Assembly (NCBI GenBank): GCA_030141605.1
Contig: JAQGDQ010000056.1
Coordinates: 558,001-622,000 of the forward strand
DNA length: 64,000 nt
Direction of reading: 5' to 3'
Source: Tubiluchus corallicola
Taxonomy: Eukaryota > Animalia > Priapulida
In this document: piece after piece, positions 1 through 12,800 of the stretch
How positions within the stretch are numbered: position 1 is the first letter of the stretch
Layout: each line of letters starts with the position of its first letter
Notes under the pieces: model-generated
Databases searched by the model: none
What the model was told of the DNA's origin: nothing
What the model saw: the letters and a program-made list of their open reading frames with translations, nothing else
Translations under genes and position numbers: made by a program

Positions 1-29
1 ATTCCGTACTGACAATTAAAAGTTTTAAC

Positions 30-74
30 GAGAGGACGACTACTGCCTTAAGGAGAGGACATCTACTGCCTTAA
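30..74. repeat. 23 bp tandem duplication
   Basis: Two copies of GAGAGGAC(GA/AT)CTACTGCCTTAA. Confidence 0.75.
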
Positions 75-870
75 TGTGTTTGACACGGTTACGGTTATCA
101 TTTGCCCGAAACAACAAGAAGACAAGATTGTTTTCCAGAAATATATGTAAATATAGCTCTATTCAATTCTAGCCAAAGCTCTGCATAAATATTTTGTGCA
201 AAACCAGAATTGAACAGTTATTGCTGTCTGTAATGTGCAAACAATCCAAGCAGTATTTCCTTCACTATACTGTGCCTCTTTAATGAGGGTAATACATTTT
301 TCTGAAATAGAAGACAAAAGTAGAGTGACCCTACAAACAGATTTGGTTAAAGTGTCGCAGGTTTCTTCACAATGTTGGCACAATCATTTGAGTTTGGAGT
401 TTCCCTTTCACAAATGTAAATACCTTACCAGGCTAAGGGTTGCTATATTATCCAGAAGATGCAGCAGTGCTGTTTACTCATAGCTGTAGAAGGTACTGGG
501 TAGTGATAATGAATAAAAGCCAGTTTCATTCTATGCAGAATAAACTGTCAAACTACACATTGAATATCTATCCGCAACAATTCCTTTCTGAAGTTACGGC
601 TTTCGCCTTTGGGAAAAATGGCAGAAATCCACAAAAAAAGTTTTTTTTATCACCACAGCTGCTATTTACTGAAAACAATTGATCATGTGTTACCAGCTTG
701 CATTACCATCTTTATAAAAGAGCTGTTATAAGACACCTTATCAAGCAGCAGGCAATAGTGCAAATGATCAACAATGATAACAGTGATTGTAAAAACATTC
801 CATTTGAACGTTCATTTTGTCTTCTTTTAAATTTATTAATTGTACTGAAGTTATTTAAATCTTCACTCAC

Positions 871-3800
871 CTGGGCATACAGGCTTCTGTCCTTGCACTC
901 TAGTATTTATGAACTGGGCACCAGATGAATCTACACAGTAACATGTTCCATCATAAGGATCACACTGAATTTGCTCATAATTGCTTTCAGCATCACAGAA
1001 CGGAGTGGAATCCTCTAATGGCGTTGGAACATCTTGGAATCTTGTATCTTTCTGAGCATTGGAAGCCCTTTCTATTTGGCAAGCTAAAAAATTGTTATGT
1101 TATTGGTAAGCTAAAAAACTGTTATGCTATCGGCCAGATAACTATGTGACATTTGAAATAACAAAGCTGGAATGGGAGCGTTTATTTATGAATAAATAGG
1201 TTGAAGCTGCTATCCTCCTCTTTAGAAAAATCATAGTTGGTTGTTTGCAATTAGCCGGAATGCGTGTTGTTGATTTCTGATTTGCCTTAGAAATGAACAG
1301 CATAAAAATAACAGCATCTATACTGGCACTGGGTGATTTTACACCTCATTAGCTTGCAATGAGCAAAAGTCAACACATTGGACACACAAGAGTAATGCTA
1401 CCATACATTGAAAACACAGGGAAAAAAAGTCACATGAACAAAGAAATATATCATTAATAATATGTGCTACCTGAAAGCTCATCGGGAATCCAGCAAAGAT
1501 TCACTCCACAACCTTCAGCTGTGCAACACTTCTCAATCCCTTTGCAGTCTGCATCAGTGTCGCATTTACGCAAACCCAAACACTCGTCTCCCATTAACCT
1601 TGACAGATCTGGGCAAACTCCAGGCTTGTCATCCACATCAGCTAAAACCAAATTTTCAAGTGTGTGTGTGGCATATCATTATAGTTTAGACACAGCACTA
1701 GTGCAATGCTATCAACAAAAGCAGATTTTAAAACATGTATTACAATAACCCTGACAACATGCGCAATAATGACTTGTAGACAAAATATCATAAGTGCTCT
1801 CCACACTATGATATTTTTTGTGAGAGAAGTAATTCTTCTTCTGCTGCTGCGTCTATTAATTTTGCCTAATTGCATCTGTTTTATTCGAACAGTGGTTTAA
1901 TAATTTAGCAATTATGTTGTAAAAGAGAATAAGTAAATCATAATATCTATAAATATACATGTATATGTATACCGTTGCAGCGCGTGATACAGTCCAGAAA
2001 TGAGACAAAATTGTTGTCATTGCCTCCACAGCCCGTGTAGACAAATCGTTCACATTTTCCTGTAGCCGAGTTGTGAAACCATCGTATACTGTACTCACCG
2101 CATAAACCAGTATTTAATGGCTGGTCACAGTAATCACCCTGCCGAGCTAAAATAATAGATATTTATCTTCATTGTAAGAAAGTTCACCAAGTTTTCACAA
2201 CTAGTTTCGTGCGGTTGAATTAGTATGTATTAGAAACATTTTATTTCATGAAAGCTGAACAAATTTTGGTTTGATAGTATGTCACTTATTAAAGAAAATT
2301 TTGAGTAGAATGACGTTGCACGAAATGAATGCATAAATAGCTGCTTTTTGAATACTGCCGTGCCATCAATTGTAAGTTTTTTGTATTTAAGAAAATCCTT
2401 AGACTTATTAGAGTATTTTTTATTGGTTAAATTTGCTGGTAGTTTTTCGATTTGCAGTCTGCTTACGTGCACACTGCTGGCGACAAGCTTCATAAGTTTC
2501 GAAGTTATTCTGTGTTCCACCACAGCCACCATAGATAAATCTCTGACATTCTTGAGTGTCTTTGTCATACCACCAGCGTGGAATGTATGCTAGACAGGAG
2601 AATGCACCAGTATTTGTTTGCTGAGGTTGCTCACATACAGGTACATTGGTTTCTGGTTCTAAAACACAAAAACAGAATAGTGATTACACCTTGTAACTGA
2701 AGTTCTATACTCTCATCGTTTGAGCAAAAACTTACACAGATAAAATAACTAAAATTAAGCACAATTATTTAATGGAATATTTTTTCCAATAGGTAATGCT
2801 GTTATTTTAAAGTATTGTAAGCATGGAAAAATTCTGTTTGGAATGTGAAGAAGCATTTCAAAAATTACAGCACTACCTTCCTTTAATTCTCGAAGACAGA
2901 ATCTTATAAAGTGAACTTAGTTTCAAATGACAGGCCCCATTTGACAGCATTTTTACCTCACCACATATTTGTGTAATACTTGATGTTGAAGTAATAATAG
3001 CCAAGAAGCTTTTTTTAATATGTCATGATTGCTACCATCAGTCAATGGTCTAAAAACTCATTTTTGCATAAATATGCTTAGATGACTGTATTTATTTTTG
3101 CATTGTTATAGCTATTATAGCTGCTAACTAAACTCCTTATTTTAAAACCAAAACGTTTAAAATAGCAAACTGAACAGTATTTCTATTATAATTTTAAATC
3201 AGATCACCCAGAAAGTAATGAAAATTGGTACTGTTGATCGCTTATATATTTTAGTTTACAGTAACCAGTGAAAAAACATTGGAACTTGGCTAAAATAATA
3301 AACCCAATTCACAGTGTTACCTCAGAATTATCACGTGAGAGAGGGCAAATATTAAAAAAGCAGTAAAATGGAAGTTAAACCATCTAAAATTATTTGCACC
3401 AGTGGTTCGTGCTGTTACAATGAAATTTTTTCGAAGTCAGAAAATTTTTAGGATAGCACATGCTCTATTATTATTATATACTATTGTCAACATATCAGTG
3501 ACTTGACTTACCATTTCCAGTACTTCTAGAAGAACACTGACATGTTCTACATCCATCTCTGTCATATATAAAGCTAGTGCAAGACTCGGTATTTTGTGTG
3601 CATGTCTGGTCAGGACAACGTTGTTGTCTGTCATTTGAGCAAGTGCATTCGAAACAGCCATTACTGACAGCTAGTCCATACTCACATTGAAGACTACAGG
3701 AAACTATAGGGCAGTCTATAAAATAAAAATTCCAATTTTTGTGCATGAAAAATTTATTTTTCAAACCTGTACATTAATTAACATAATTTTCAGGAACGTT

Positions 3801-6800
3801 AATTTTCCATGGTTGTCTGAATGGTTGAGATGCTTATAACGCACTCAATTTTCAAAGCTTCAAGCAACCAATGAAAATGTTGGATAAATGGTTTTCTGGG
3901 CATTTTTATTGAGTATTAATTTTTTACTAGTACACAAAACTAAATGATACAGTGCAGATATAGTGAAGAAATAAAAGTGGATACAGTTTACAGAGAATCC
4001 TCGACAGAGAATATAATGAATTTATCAATAGTTGCATCAACACAAAAATCTCTGATCCTTGTCTACTTGTCGGCAGATTAATAGTGGTGCTGATTACTGC
4101 TCACTAGTGTGGCTATGTTAGTTTTGTCTACTCATCAGCTTTTAATTTTCACATAAAATAATTAACAAATCTCAGTATAATTCTAATGCCGGGTTATTAC
4201 CACTTTCATTTTTAAATTAAAAAAATTGGTTATGTCAGCCACATGCAAACCAATTGGATGTTGTATGTTGCTATTAGTAGGCCGATTGTTTCAGTTTAGA
4301 ATCATTGCAATCAATGTATGAAATTCATTACAAATTCATTGCAGGCAACCCACATTTGCTGATTTAAACTGAGACTAGTAGTAAAAATGCAATAAGCACA
4401 GATCTTGTTGTGGAGAATTCCCAAAGCTCATTTGCGAAGTAATTTGAATAAAAAAGATAGGTTTAGAACTGTTTGTACAAGCTGAGGTCATATATTAATC
4501 GATTTAATAAAATTGTTTCTGGGACTGCTAGCTAACATTTTGTTATTACCATAGAATCAACATTATCTAGGTTTATTACCAGCAACATCGCTGTCTTCGC
4601 ATTCACATAATCTGCATCCATTCTCATCGTATTTATATGTGGCACAACCTGCCCTGTTGTTTCTCACTCGGCACCTAAAAGATGGACAGTCACGCCTTGT
4701 ATTATCTTCAGAGCAGGAGCAAAAGAAACAACCATCACGTTTCTCTGCCAAGCCATTTCTACACTCCAGATTGCAGTTAATAGCAGAGCAAACTGAAAAA
4801 AACATCATGATTAATAAGGATAGTTTAATGCTCTCCTTGTTTTTAAAGCAGGTACCGAGACTATGCTGAGCTTTTTGTATATATTTATTTGATACATATA
4901 TAAGCAGCACAATCATGTATAGTAATAATAATTTACATAGTTTAATATTATGCGACTTCTACTGTAAACAGGTCGCAGACTATGCCAGTCCTAAATGGTT
5001 TGTAGAACACACTCCTCTCTGTATTCTGTGCCATTAATAACTATTATATTTCTACATAAAATCTGCGAGCAGGGATTAAGGAATTTAAGAAAAATTGGAA
5101 AAATTATGTTAGGTTTGGATACCTGAATATTCACTTAACAGGGCTTTACAAATTTGGGTAAAAAGCTTGATACTAAATATTTCATTTTTTGCTAACATAA
5201 GATAGCAAAAGAACTATTTCCTACTTACTACCAGTATCAAGCGAGAAGCCTTCAATGTCGCTTTTGGCGCATGAACATGTTCGACATCCATTCGCATCAT
5301 ACTCATAGTTGTCACAGTTTCCACTGTTTGGTCCTACGACACATTTAAAAATTGGACAGCCTTGCCTCGTTTTGTCTTCAGAACAAGAACATGTAAAACA
5401 CCCTTCTTTTCTTGCCAAACCATAGTCACACTGCAGGCGACAGAATAATGGAGGGCAGCCTGTAAAAGAGCATTCTAGCATTGAATTACTTGTTGCCACA
5501 AAAACAGTTGAAGATTTCTTCAACATTTAGATTAGATGTTAGTAATTAACAACAGATAACTTTTTCAAAATTAATTATAGATGTTTATTAAAAAAATTAT
5601 CATTCCCAAATGTGACTAAGCATGGATTCGATACCAGAGCACCATGAGCCCAATGCTATACCAATTATTGTATAATAGTTAGTATACTAGTGTTGAGAAA
5701 TGCTATTATGTCATAATTGATTCATGGTTCAAACAGTAGTGTAGCTGGGGGGGGGGTGTAGGAGGCGGTGCACCCCGGTTTTCAGAGCGCAGCATTTTGA
5801 GCAAGTGCAATGAAAAATTTGATTCTGTCAGATAAAAAAACCGACAATTTAATTTCTGCGAAAATGATGCTTACAGGGCTTGTGAAGATGATAATTAGTA
5901 ATTAATATGATAATATTTGTAACAGTTTGTCTTTGTTGACAAAGTTTCTGTAAGGTACACATTTTGATTAACTATAGAATACATTTATAGTCACGCTTGT
6001 AGCTGCAAGCTTATCACAGATTATTTACATAAAATTCCACATGGGTTTTAATGATGTGCTTGTCACTGGCATTTGGTTTCTTTAACACAGATGTTATTGC
6101 AATTACATTGTTATTATTTGCATAATAATGATTGTGATTCAGTGGCTTCTTGGCTCACCAATGTAGTTTTAAGAATTTTTAATTTTGAGTGCCTTTTAAC
6201 AATGTACTTGTCACTGGCATTTAGTTTCTTTAACACAGATGTTATTGCAATTACATTGTTATTATTTGCGTAATAATGATTGTGATTCAGTGGCTTCTTG
6301 GCTCACCAACATAGTTTAAGATCTTTTGAATAGCACCGTCAGAACGTGAATAATTGACATAAATACTTGTGAATCTATTGACTAGTTCATGAACACTAAT
6401 CTTAACTTTATTTCTGGAATATTTTGCTGACACTAAAATTTTAGCTTTCTTCATTCAACTGTTAAGAAGTTCAAAGTTCCGCATTAAATACAGCGGCCTC
6501 TTACAACTCTTAAAGTGTTACACTTTGAAGAAGCCTTTCAGTATCTTAACTTTTGAGCTTTGAAACATATAGAGTGAATTTATTTTTTTACAAACCGATT
6601 TTTTTATCTTTTCAGTAATACTTTTTTTATTTTAAGAATTTACATCCGCAACTTATTGCAACTACGGGGTAACACAGTTGAATTTTACAAAACTAAAATT
6701 TTCCTACATAAAAATTTCCATCGGGGGTGGGGGCGGGATGAGCGCCACTTTCAAGTGTTGCTTCGGGTGCCAAAAGATCTTGCTACACCATTGGTTTCAT

Positions 6801-9800
6801 AGCATTGGATTCATAGTTCGCTGGTATTGAACCCAGGCCTAGTTGCATCTTTTCTAATATCCAGTCCTTAAAAGCACCGAATGATTAATGCTTGGTAAAA
6901 CTCATGGTAAAACACTTGAATCACATTACGGGCAAATATATGATTTTTTCAGTAATTGATCCAGTTGATCTCTAATGTATGCTTTTAAAATTATTCTGTT
7001 TAGTATTTATTTTTCCCCAATACTCAAAGTGAAATAGAGTTTCATACACCATCTGGTCTGGGAAACTGCAATTCTGGAATTGCGGTACTTAAGACTATAA
7101 AGAAATTTGTGACCACTGGTAAAAAGTAGAGCACAGTATTTCAGTCGAAATCGATGTGTGCATAAAGTCAGACTTGCATGCAATGTTAAGTTTAGAAATG
7201 TGGTACCTGCTGCACTTCATATATAGTCTGTTCCTAAAGAAATGATGGCTAAGGACTTGCCTTTAATAAGAACATTGAGAAATCTCGATTTCCGTATTTG
7301 TTATTTTGAAACAGTCGATTATGAAATAAGTACGTGAATATTTATGCGAAACAGCAAATGGAAACTTTGCAGTAGAATCAATGCAGATGTCTCAGTACTT
7401 CTTCGATGGCTATAATAGCACCATGGTATGTACCTCAAAGTAAGACGAAAAAGACAGCAGAAGAAATTAAGGAAGAACAACTTTGCATCACCTGATTCCT
7501 CGTCTTCTAAGACACTTGTCATGACCTCCGTGAGCGAAACGCACTTGCAAGTTTCACATCCATTCTCATCTTTAGCTCTTCCCATCAGACAGAAGTTTCG
7601 ACATTCTACTGGCTCACACCGAGGCTCTAGACATTTGCAAACATCATATCGATCAGAATCTGATTTCAGCAACATTTTATTCTGGGTAGGAGACTGGTTT
7701 ATATATTTTTGGAAAACACAAACACAAGTTGCAGCCAGTTTCATCTTGTTTGAATCAATATGCTCATTTTTGCATGTCTTTCCTGGACAAGGTTCTGGCA
7801 TAAGGCGGACTGTTTTAGATTATTATTAGTCAGTGACTTTTAATGTCAAAGCTGTGGCAAGTTAGTGTGCAGAGTTTTTTTAAGCTTACCTTTTACAGTG
7901 TCGACTTCTTGCCTTGTTTCCAGGCATTCGCATGTGTCACAATTGTTTTCGTCTTTTGCACGCCCACCCTCACAGAATAATCTGTTACAATAAAAACAAG
8001 TATATACATGTAACAGTTTTGCCATTTTTACCACAGTTTGCAGCACAATTTCGAAGTAACTAAAAACTGGATCTCATTGGTGTAAGATCCAGCTAAAACA
8101 AAAGTGAGAATCTTTAGAAACCCACTCTTGTTTTCCAATGGGTTTTCAAAATTTGAGTAAAAAATTTTGCATTGTGTTCGTGAGCAGTACTATTCAAAAC
8201 CTTCCATCTCATTTCAGTTCTACTTTGCACATGGAAATGCAAGAACAGGATGTAGTTATAACATGTAGACAATGTTTCTGACGTGGACAGAAACTGAAGA
8301 TTTGAAAGCTATAATTAAGATTTTATTGAAATCACAATGACTGATTACACAGAAACTACACTTCACAATGAAATCTCAAACTTGTGACTTTTCAACACGT
8401 GACCTGTGGGTCAGGGATCAACCAATCTCGGTGTAACTTATACCATTCAATTTGTGTGATTGAGACCTTTCATTTGACGTATTACAATCTAGGTTTGGCC
8501 GACATTGTAAAGCATTTGTCTAATTGACCCCTATTTGCTCCCTAGTGGGGTCATATGTTAACCAGTCTCACTGTAACCTATACCATTCGGTTCGCTTCAT
8601 CGCGACCTTTCATTTTGGTATGCTATAAGATACCAATGTTCGACACTCCATGCATTTCTGTTTCGCGATGCCCATTTTTCAGTTTAATGTGGGTATCCAC
8701 AATTTTGCATTATGGCCGGAAGTTTAAAGCTTGTCAGCCTTTTAAAACCCAAGTTCCCATCTACCTCACAAATACTTGTGAAAAATATTGAAAAACCTAG
8801 GAGGCATTCAGTCATAATCATAAAACTGACCAATGTCCACTGCCCTTCACCCCTTGACCAGAGGTCAGAGGCCAACATACTGCTGTGAGTTTCATGACCC
8901 TAGCTTGCAAGCCTAACAAGTTATTAAGCGAAATAAATGTGGAAAATAAATAACAAATAAAGAAAGAGCCATATGAGAACCAATAAGATTTTGCTATAGC
9001 AAAAAAGGTGACAAAGTTAGGATGCAGCCTGGATTTGAACCAGGAATCTTCTGCTAAATTGCAGATGCATTAATCACTAGGATGCCACATCTCCCAGTTG
9101 TCAAAGCAGTCCAACTGGCCAACCATTTTAGCTGGCCAATTTCAGCATTTCTAATATTAGCTCGCTCACACTAGGGCATGTCTAACTAATTAGATTAATT
9201 TTCTATTTTGAGTAATTTTGAGCCAGGAATTTCCATGGGTGATTAATTAATTGTTATAATGTTAATGTCCAAGTAGTTATGGTTAGCCTAAGTACATGTA
9301 GTACCTGGGAATGCACAATAATACTGGATTTCAAGCAATTTCTGTGAAATTATTGTGTCAAAGCAAATTATTTACCTGCATATTCTTGGTGTACAGTGTG
9401 ATGGCAAGTTTGGATTAATGGTTCCCACACCGATACAAGTTGGCACTGGATCACAGTGTTCTTTTTTACAGACATCATCTTTTAAAGCACAGACTTGATC
9501 TCTGGGACATGCAAATTCCTAAAAGCCAAACCAAATGATTTTAAACAGAAACAGCAGCACAAGTTTCAAAAACTTTCAAGTCAGCTGCCTGTATGGCTAT
9601 AGTTGCATTTCAACATGTAGTTATTTCTCATGGAACCTTAAAAATTTTTATATTATGCAAATCTCTCAATGACTCACATTTCCCATGCCAATCAGTATGG
9701 AAAAGCTAATAATAATAATAACAACAATAATAGCGTAGATCTTTTTACTCCCAAAACTGAACATTAATAAGAAGTTATAGATCTATGCTCTTATGTGCTG

Positions 9801-12800
9801 GGACAGGTGACCCGTGTTGGCTGTTGACAGCCTGTTGTGAGAAAACAAGATGGTCAACATATAGCTTCACAATTAGCTTGTGATTCTTTATAGATAATTA
9901 AAATTCCTCACTAAATGAAGTTATTTAAAAATAAAATGAGTGTCGATGATGCTGTCTCCTGAGTCTCATGTTTGACACCTTGAGGATCTTGATATTCGAC
10001 AAAAGGACATTCCTGTTGGTCAAATTTTGTTGTTCAGGTGCCTCTTGGTCAAAATGGGTTTTTCAAGCCTAGATTTTATTCAGATTTTTGGTCATTATTG
10101 ACAATTTTCAGGATTCCTACATATGACCTCTGACCCCAGGGTCACTGTAGGCCATCGGCCAAATGTTCTCATCATTATCAACACACAACGTTCTCAATAC
10201 TATTTGCACTTGTTCAAATCTGGATCTGCCCTACTTACCTTAGAGGAAAGGGCAAAACATTTTGGTAAATGATGAAATGTCTATGTCTCACCACCTGTCA
10301 CAGTAATCTGGTTTATTTAATAAAAATTAATGCTGAGCTATTTGTACTAAATTTTGACTGTTTTATGCATACTTTACCAATTCATTTTGTTGATGGTTCA
10401 ACTTATAATATTTCTGGGAAAGCTGGTGGGTTGCCAGACAGACTAATCCCTCAAACCCTCCTTGCTACATCCATCAATTCATGGTTACAGCTACTGCAAA
10501 CTATTTTAGTACTGATTAACACACTGATTGTATTTTTACACAAGTTACTAGGCACATTTCTGCAAAATTAACAAATTAAAGCTAAGCTAATAGATCCCTA
10601 TACATCAGGAATGATAGCATTATTACAGTTTTTTACCGCACACAAATCATCTGGAGGCAGCGGAATACACGTAGGTACAGGTGGTCGACATGGCGCCATT
10701 TTGCAGATCACTTCTTGCAATGCACATACTTCGAAAGGACGGCATTCAATGTCCTACAAATTATACAGCATCATACAAATGACTAACATTAGTACAGAAA
10801 AATTGTCAGTGAGGCAAGTTTTAAGCAGAGTGTAGTTTGCTATTAATACTCTCAATTAAGACTGCTATTAAGACTCTTTTTTGATGAGTTATAATGCATT
10901 ATGTATCAATTTTTGAGTTTAAATATGGCAAAACTGAAATAAATAAGCCACTCTACAATGAAAGTAAAAAATTCATTTTGTCAAATTTAACAAATGTAGA
11001 CACTAACTTCACATGTTAGTTCTTTTGGTTCATCTATTGGCACACATTCTGGAACTGGATCACATGGAGCCCTAAAGCAAAGAACTTGCTGTAGTCGACA
11101 CTCTGTTCCTGCGTCACATTTTATATCCAAACAAGATGGCTTCTTTGCCTCTGTTTCTGAAACATTCAAAAAGAGCATGTACTTAAAAATCAGCAGTAGA
11201 AATAAAAGCTAGCATTTGCTTTTACACATAGTAGAAAGTGGCAATTATATTATTGCACTTTATACAATTTGTATAATTTTGCTTTCAGGTTGGTTAATGG
11301 CAATCTATACATAATGATCATGACAATAAAAAACATAGATGTACAGAAAAGCCTTTCGCTCATTAGCTCACAAGCCATTAGCAACAAACTAATGCATCAA
11401 TAAGAGCACAAGAATGTTAAGCTTTTTAAAAGCTGATGAATTGTAGTTCTCATGCTTTACTAACTTCAACGTGGTTTTTGTACTTGAACATTTCTGAACT
11501 TTCTTCATCATTTACCATAAATGCCCAAAAATATAACATTCATTTATATTTTTTTGGCTTGTTGATTTGGATAACTAGCTGATTCTGGAGGTTTGACGTT
11601 AGTAACATCAGGTCTGAAGATGGGGGTCAATCACTGCTTAAAATGTCTTTCATTTGAACAAAACAAACTGATATCTTACCAACACATTTAATCAGTTTTG
11701 GACACAAATCGCTGATGCATAGTGCGTCTTCTAAGATGCACTCTGATTCAGGTGGGCAACCAGAATTCTGAAACAGTGAATCCCCAATTTAAAAGCCAAC
11801 CTTAAAAGAAAGTGAAATTGTGAACAAAGATTTAATGACATAGCTAAAGCTTATTAAGAACCAATAAAATTTTGTAAAGTATGACAAAAATTGTTAAGTT
11901 TTTGTCTTGTCTTATATTTTTTTTACCCATAAATTCAGTGGAAAGCTCAGTACCTTGCAGGGGTGTGGCTTGCATTCGCATGTGGGACAGCCATCTTCGT
12001 CGGTTTCGTATCCATGTTCACATGGATCGCATTGTCCGATCTCATCGCATGGTGCCGAATCTTCAAATAAATATCGCTATTAATGTCAGTAATCCAAAGC
12101 GATATTTTATTGATCAGCGACTTTGCTGTAGCAGTGCAAAACATATTGGTTTTGACGAGGAATTTTGATTATTTCCCAAAATTCACCAACGAATAAAGCT
12201 AAATCAGCTTATTTTGATTATTATGCAGGTTTGAAGTATGTCATTTGGCTCTTCACATCAGCTGGTGCCCAATTAAGGATGTGTAGAGAAAGAGTAGGAA
12301 GTAGGGACACACTTCCAGGGTTTTGCTGGCTACCTATTAGAGCTGGCTTTTATAGCATTCAAAATACACATACCTGAATCACAGCGAGGGCGTCCTCTTC
12401 CAGGTGGCGTTCTTGTGAAAGGAATTTCGTTTCCTTGTGTATCAACACACCAGGAATAACCTGTACTTCCGTGAAACTGAATCTGCTGATATTCTCCGCT
12501 ATCTGTGCATTGAGGTTGGTATGAACCAATAGGAGGTAAAAGCTGTGAATTTAAATTAACTACCTGGCAAGCTAGAAATAAAAATGCAACAGTGATTATA
12601 CAATGTGAAAATTATCCATAATAGATAAAAATTCAGTAGTGAAAAAATAGATAGTTAAACAGCTCAACATAATTATAATAAATAAGGAGTACACAAAAAC
12701 AGGGCACAATTCTTCAAGCTAAAATATGTGATTGTGATAATTAGATTTTCTAAAGAAAAAAAAAGCAATTTGCAGGAGGCAATAAGAAGACAATTTGGAG

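Noticed and set aside
159-301. Possible terminal exon of the inhibitor gene (TTTCAG acceptor at 301, phase 1, EKCITLIKE..RIE*)
   Set aside because: The acceptor is good but the peptide has no recognisable domain and competing acceptors exist between 480 and 670. The gene may continue beyond the window, so the 3' end is left unresolved.
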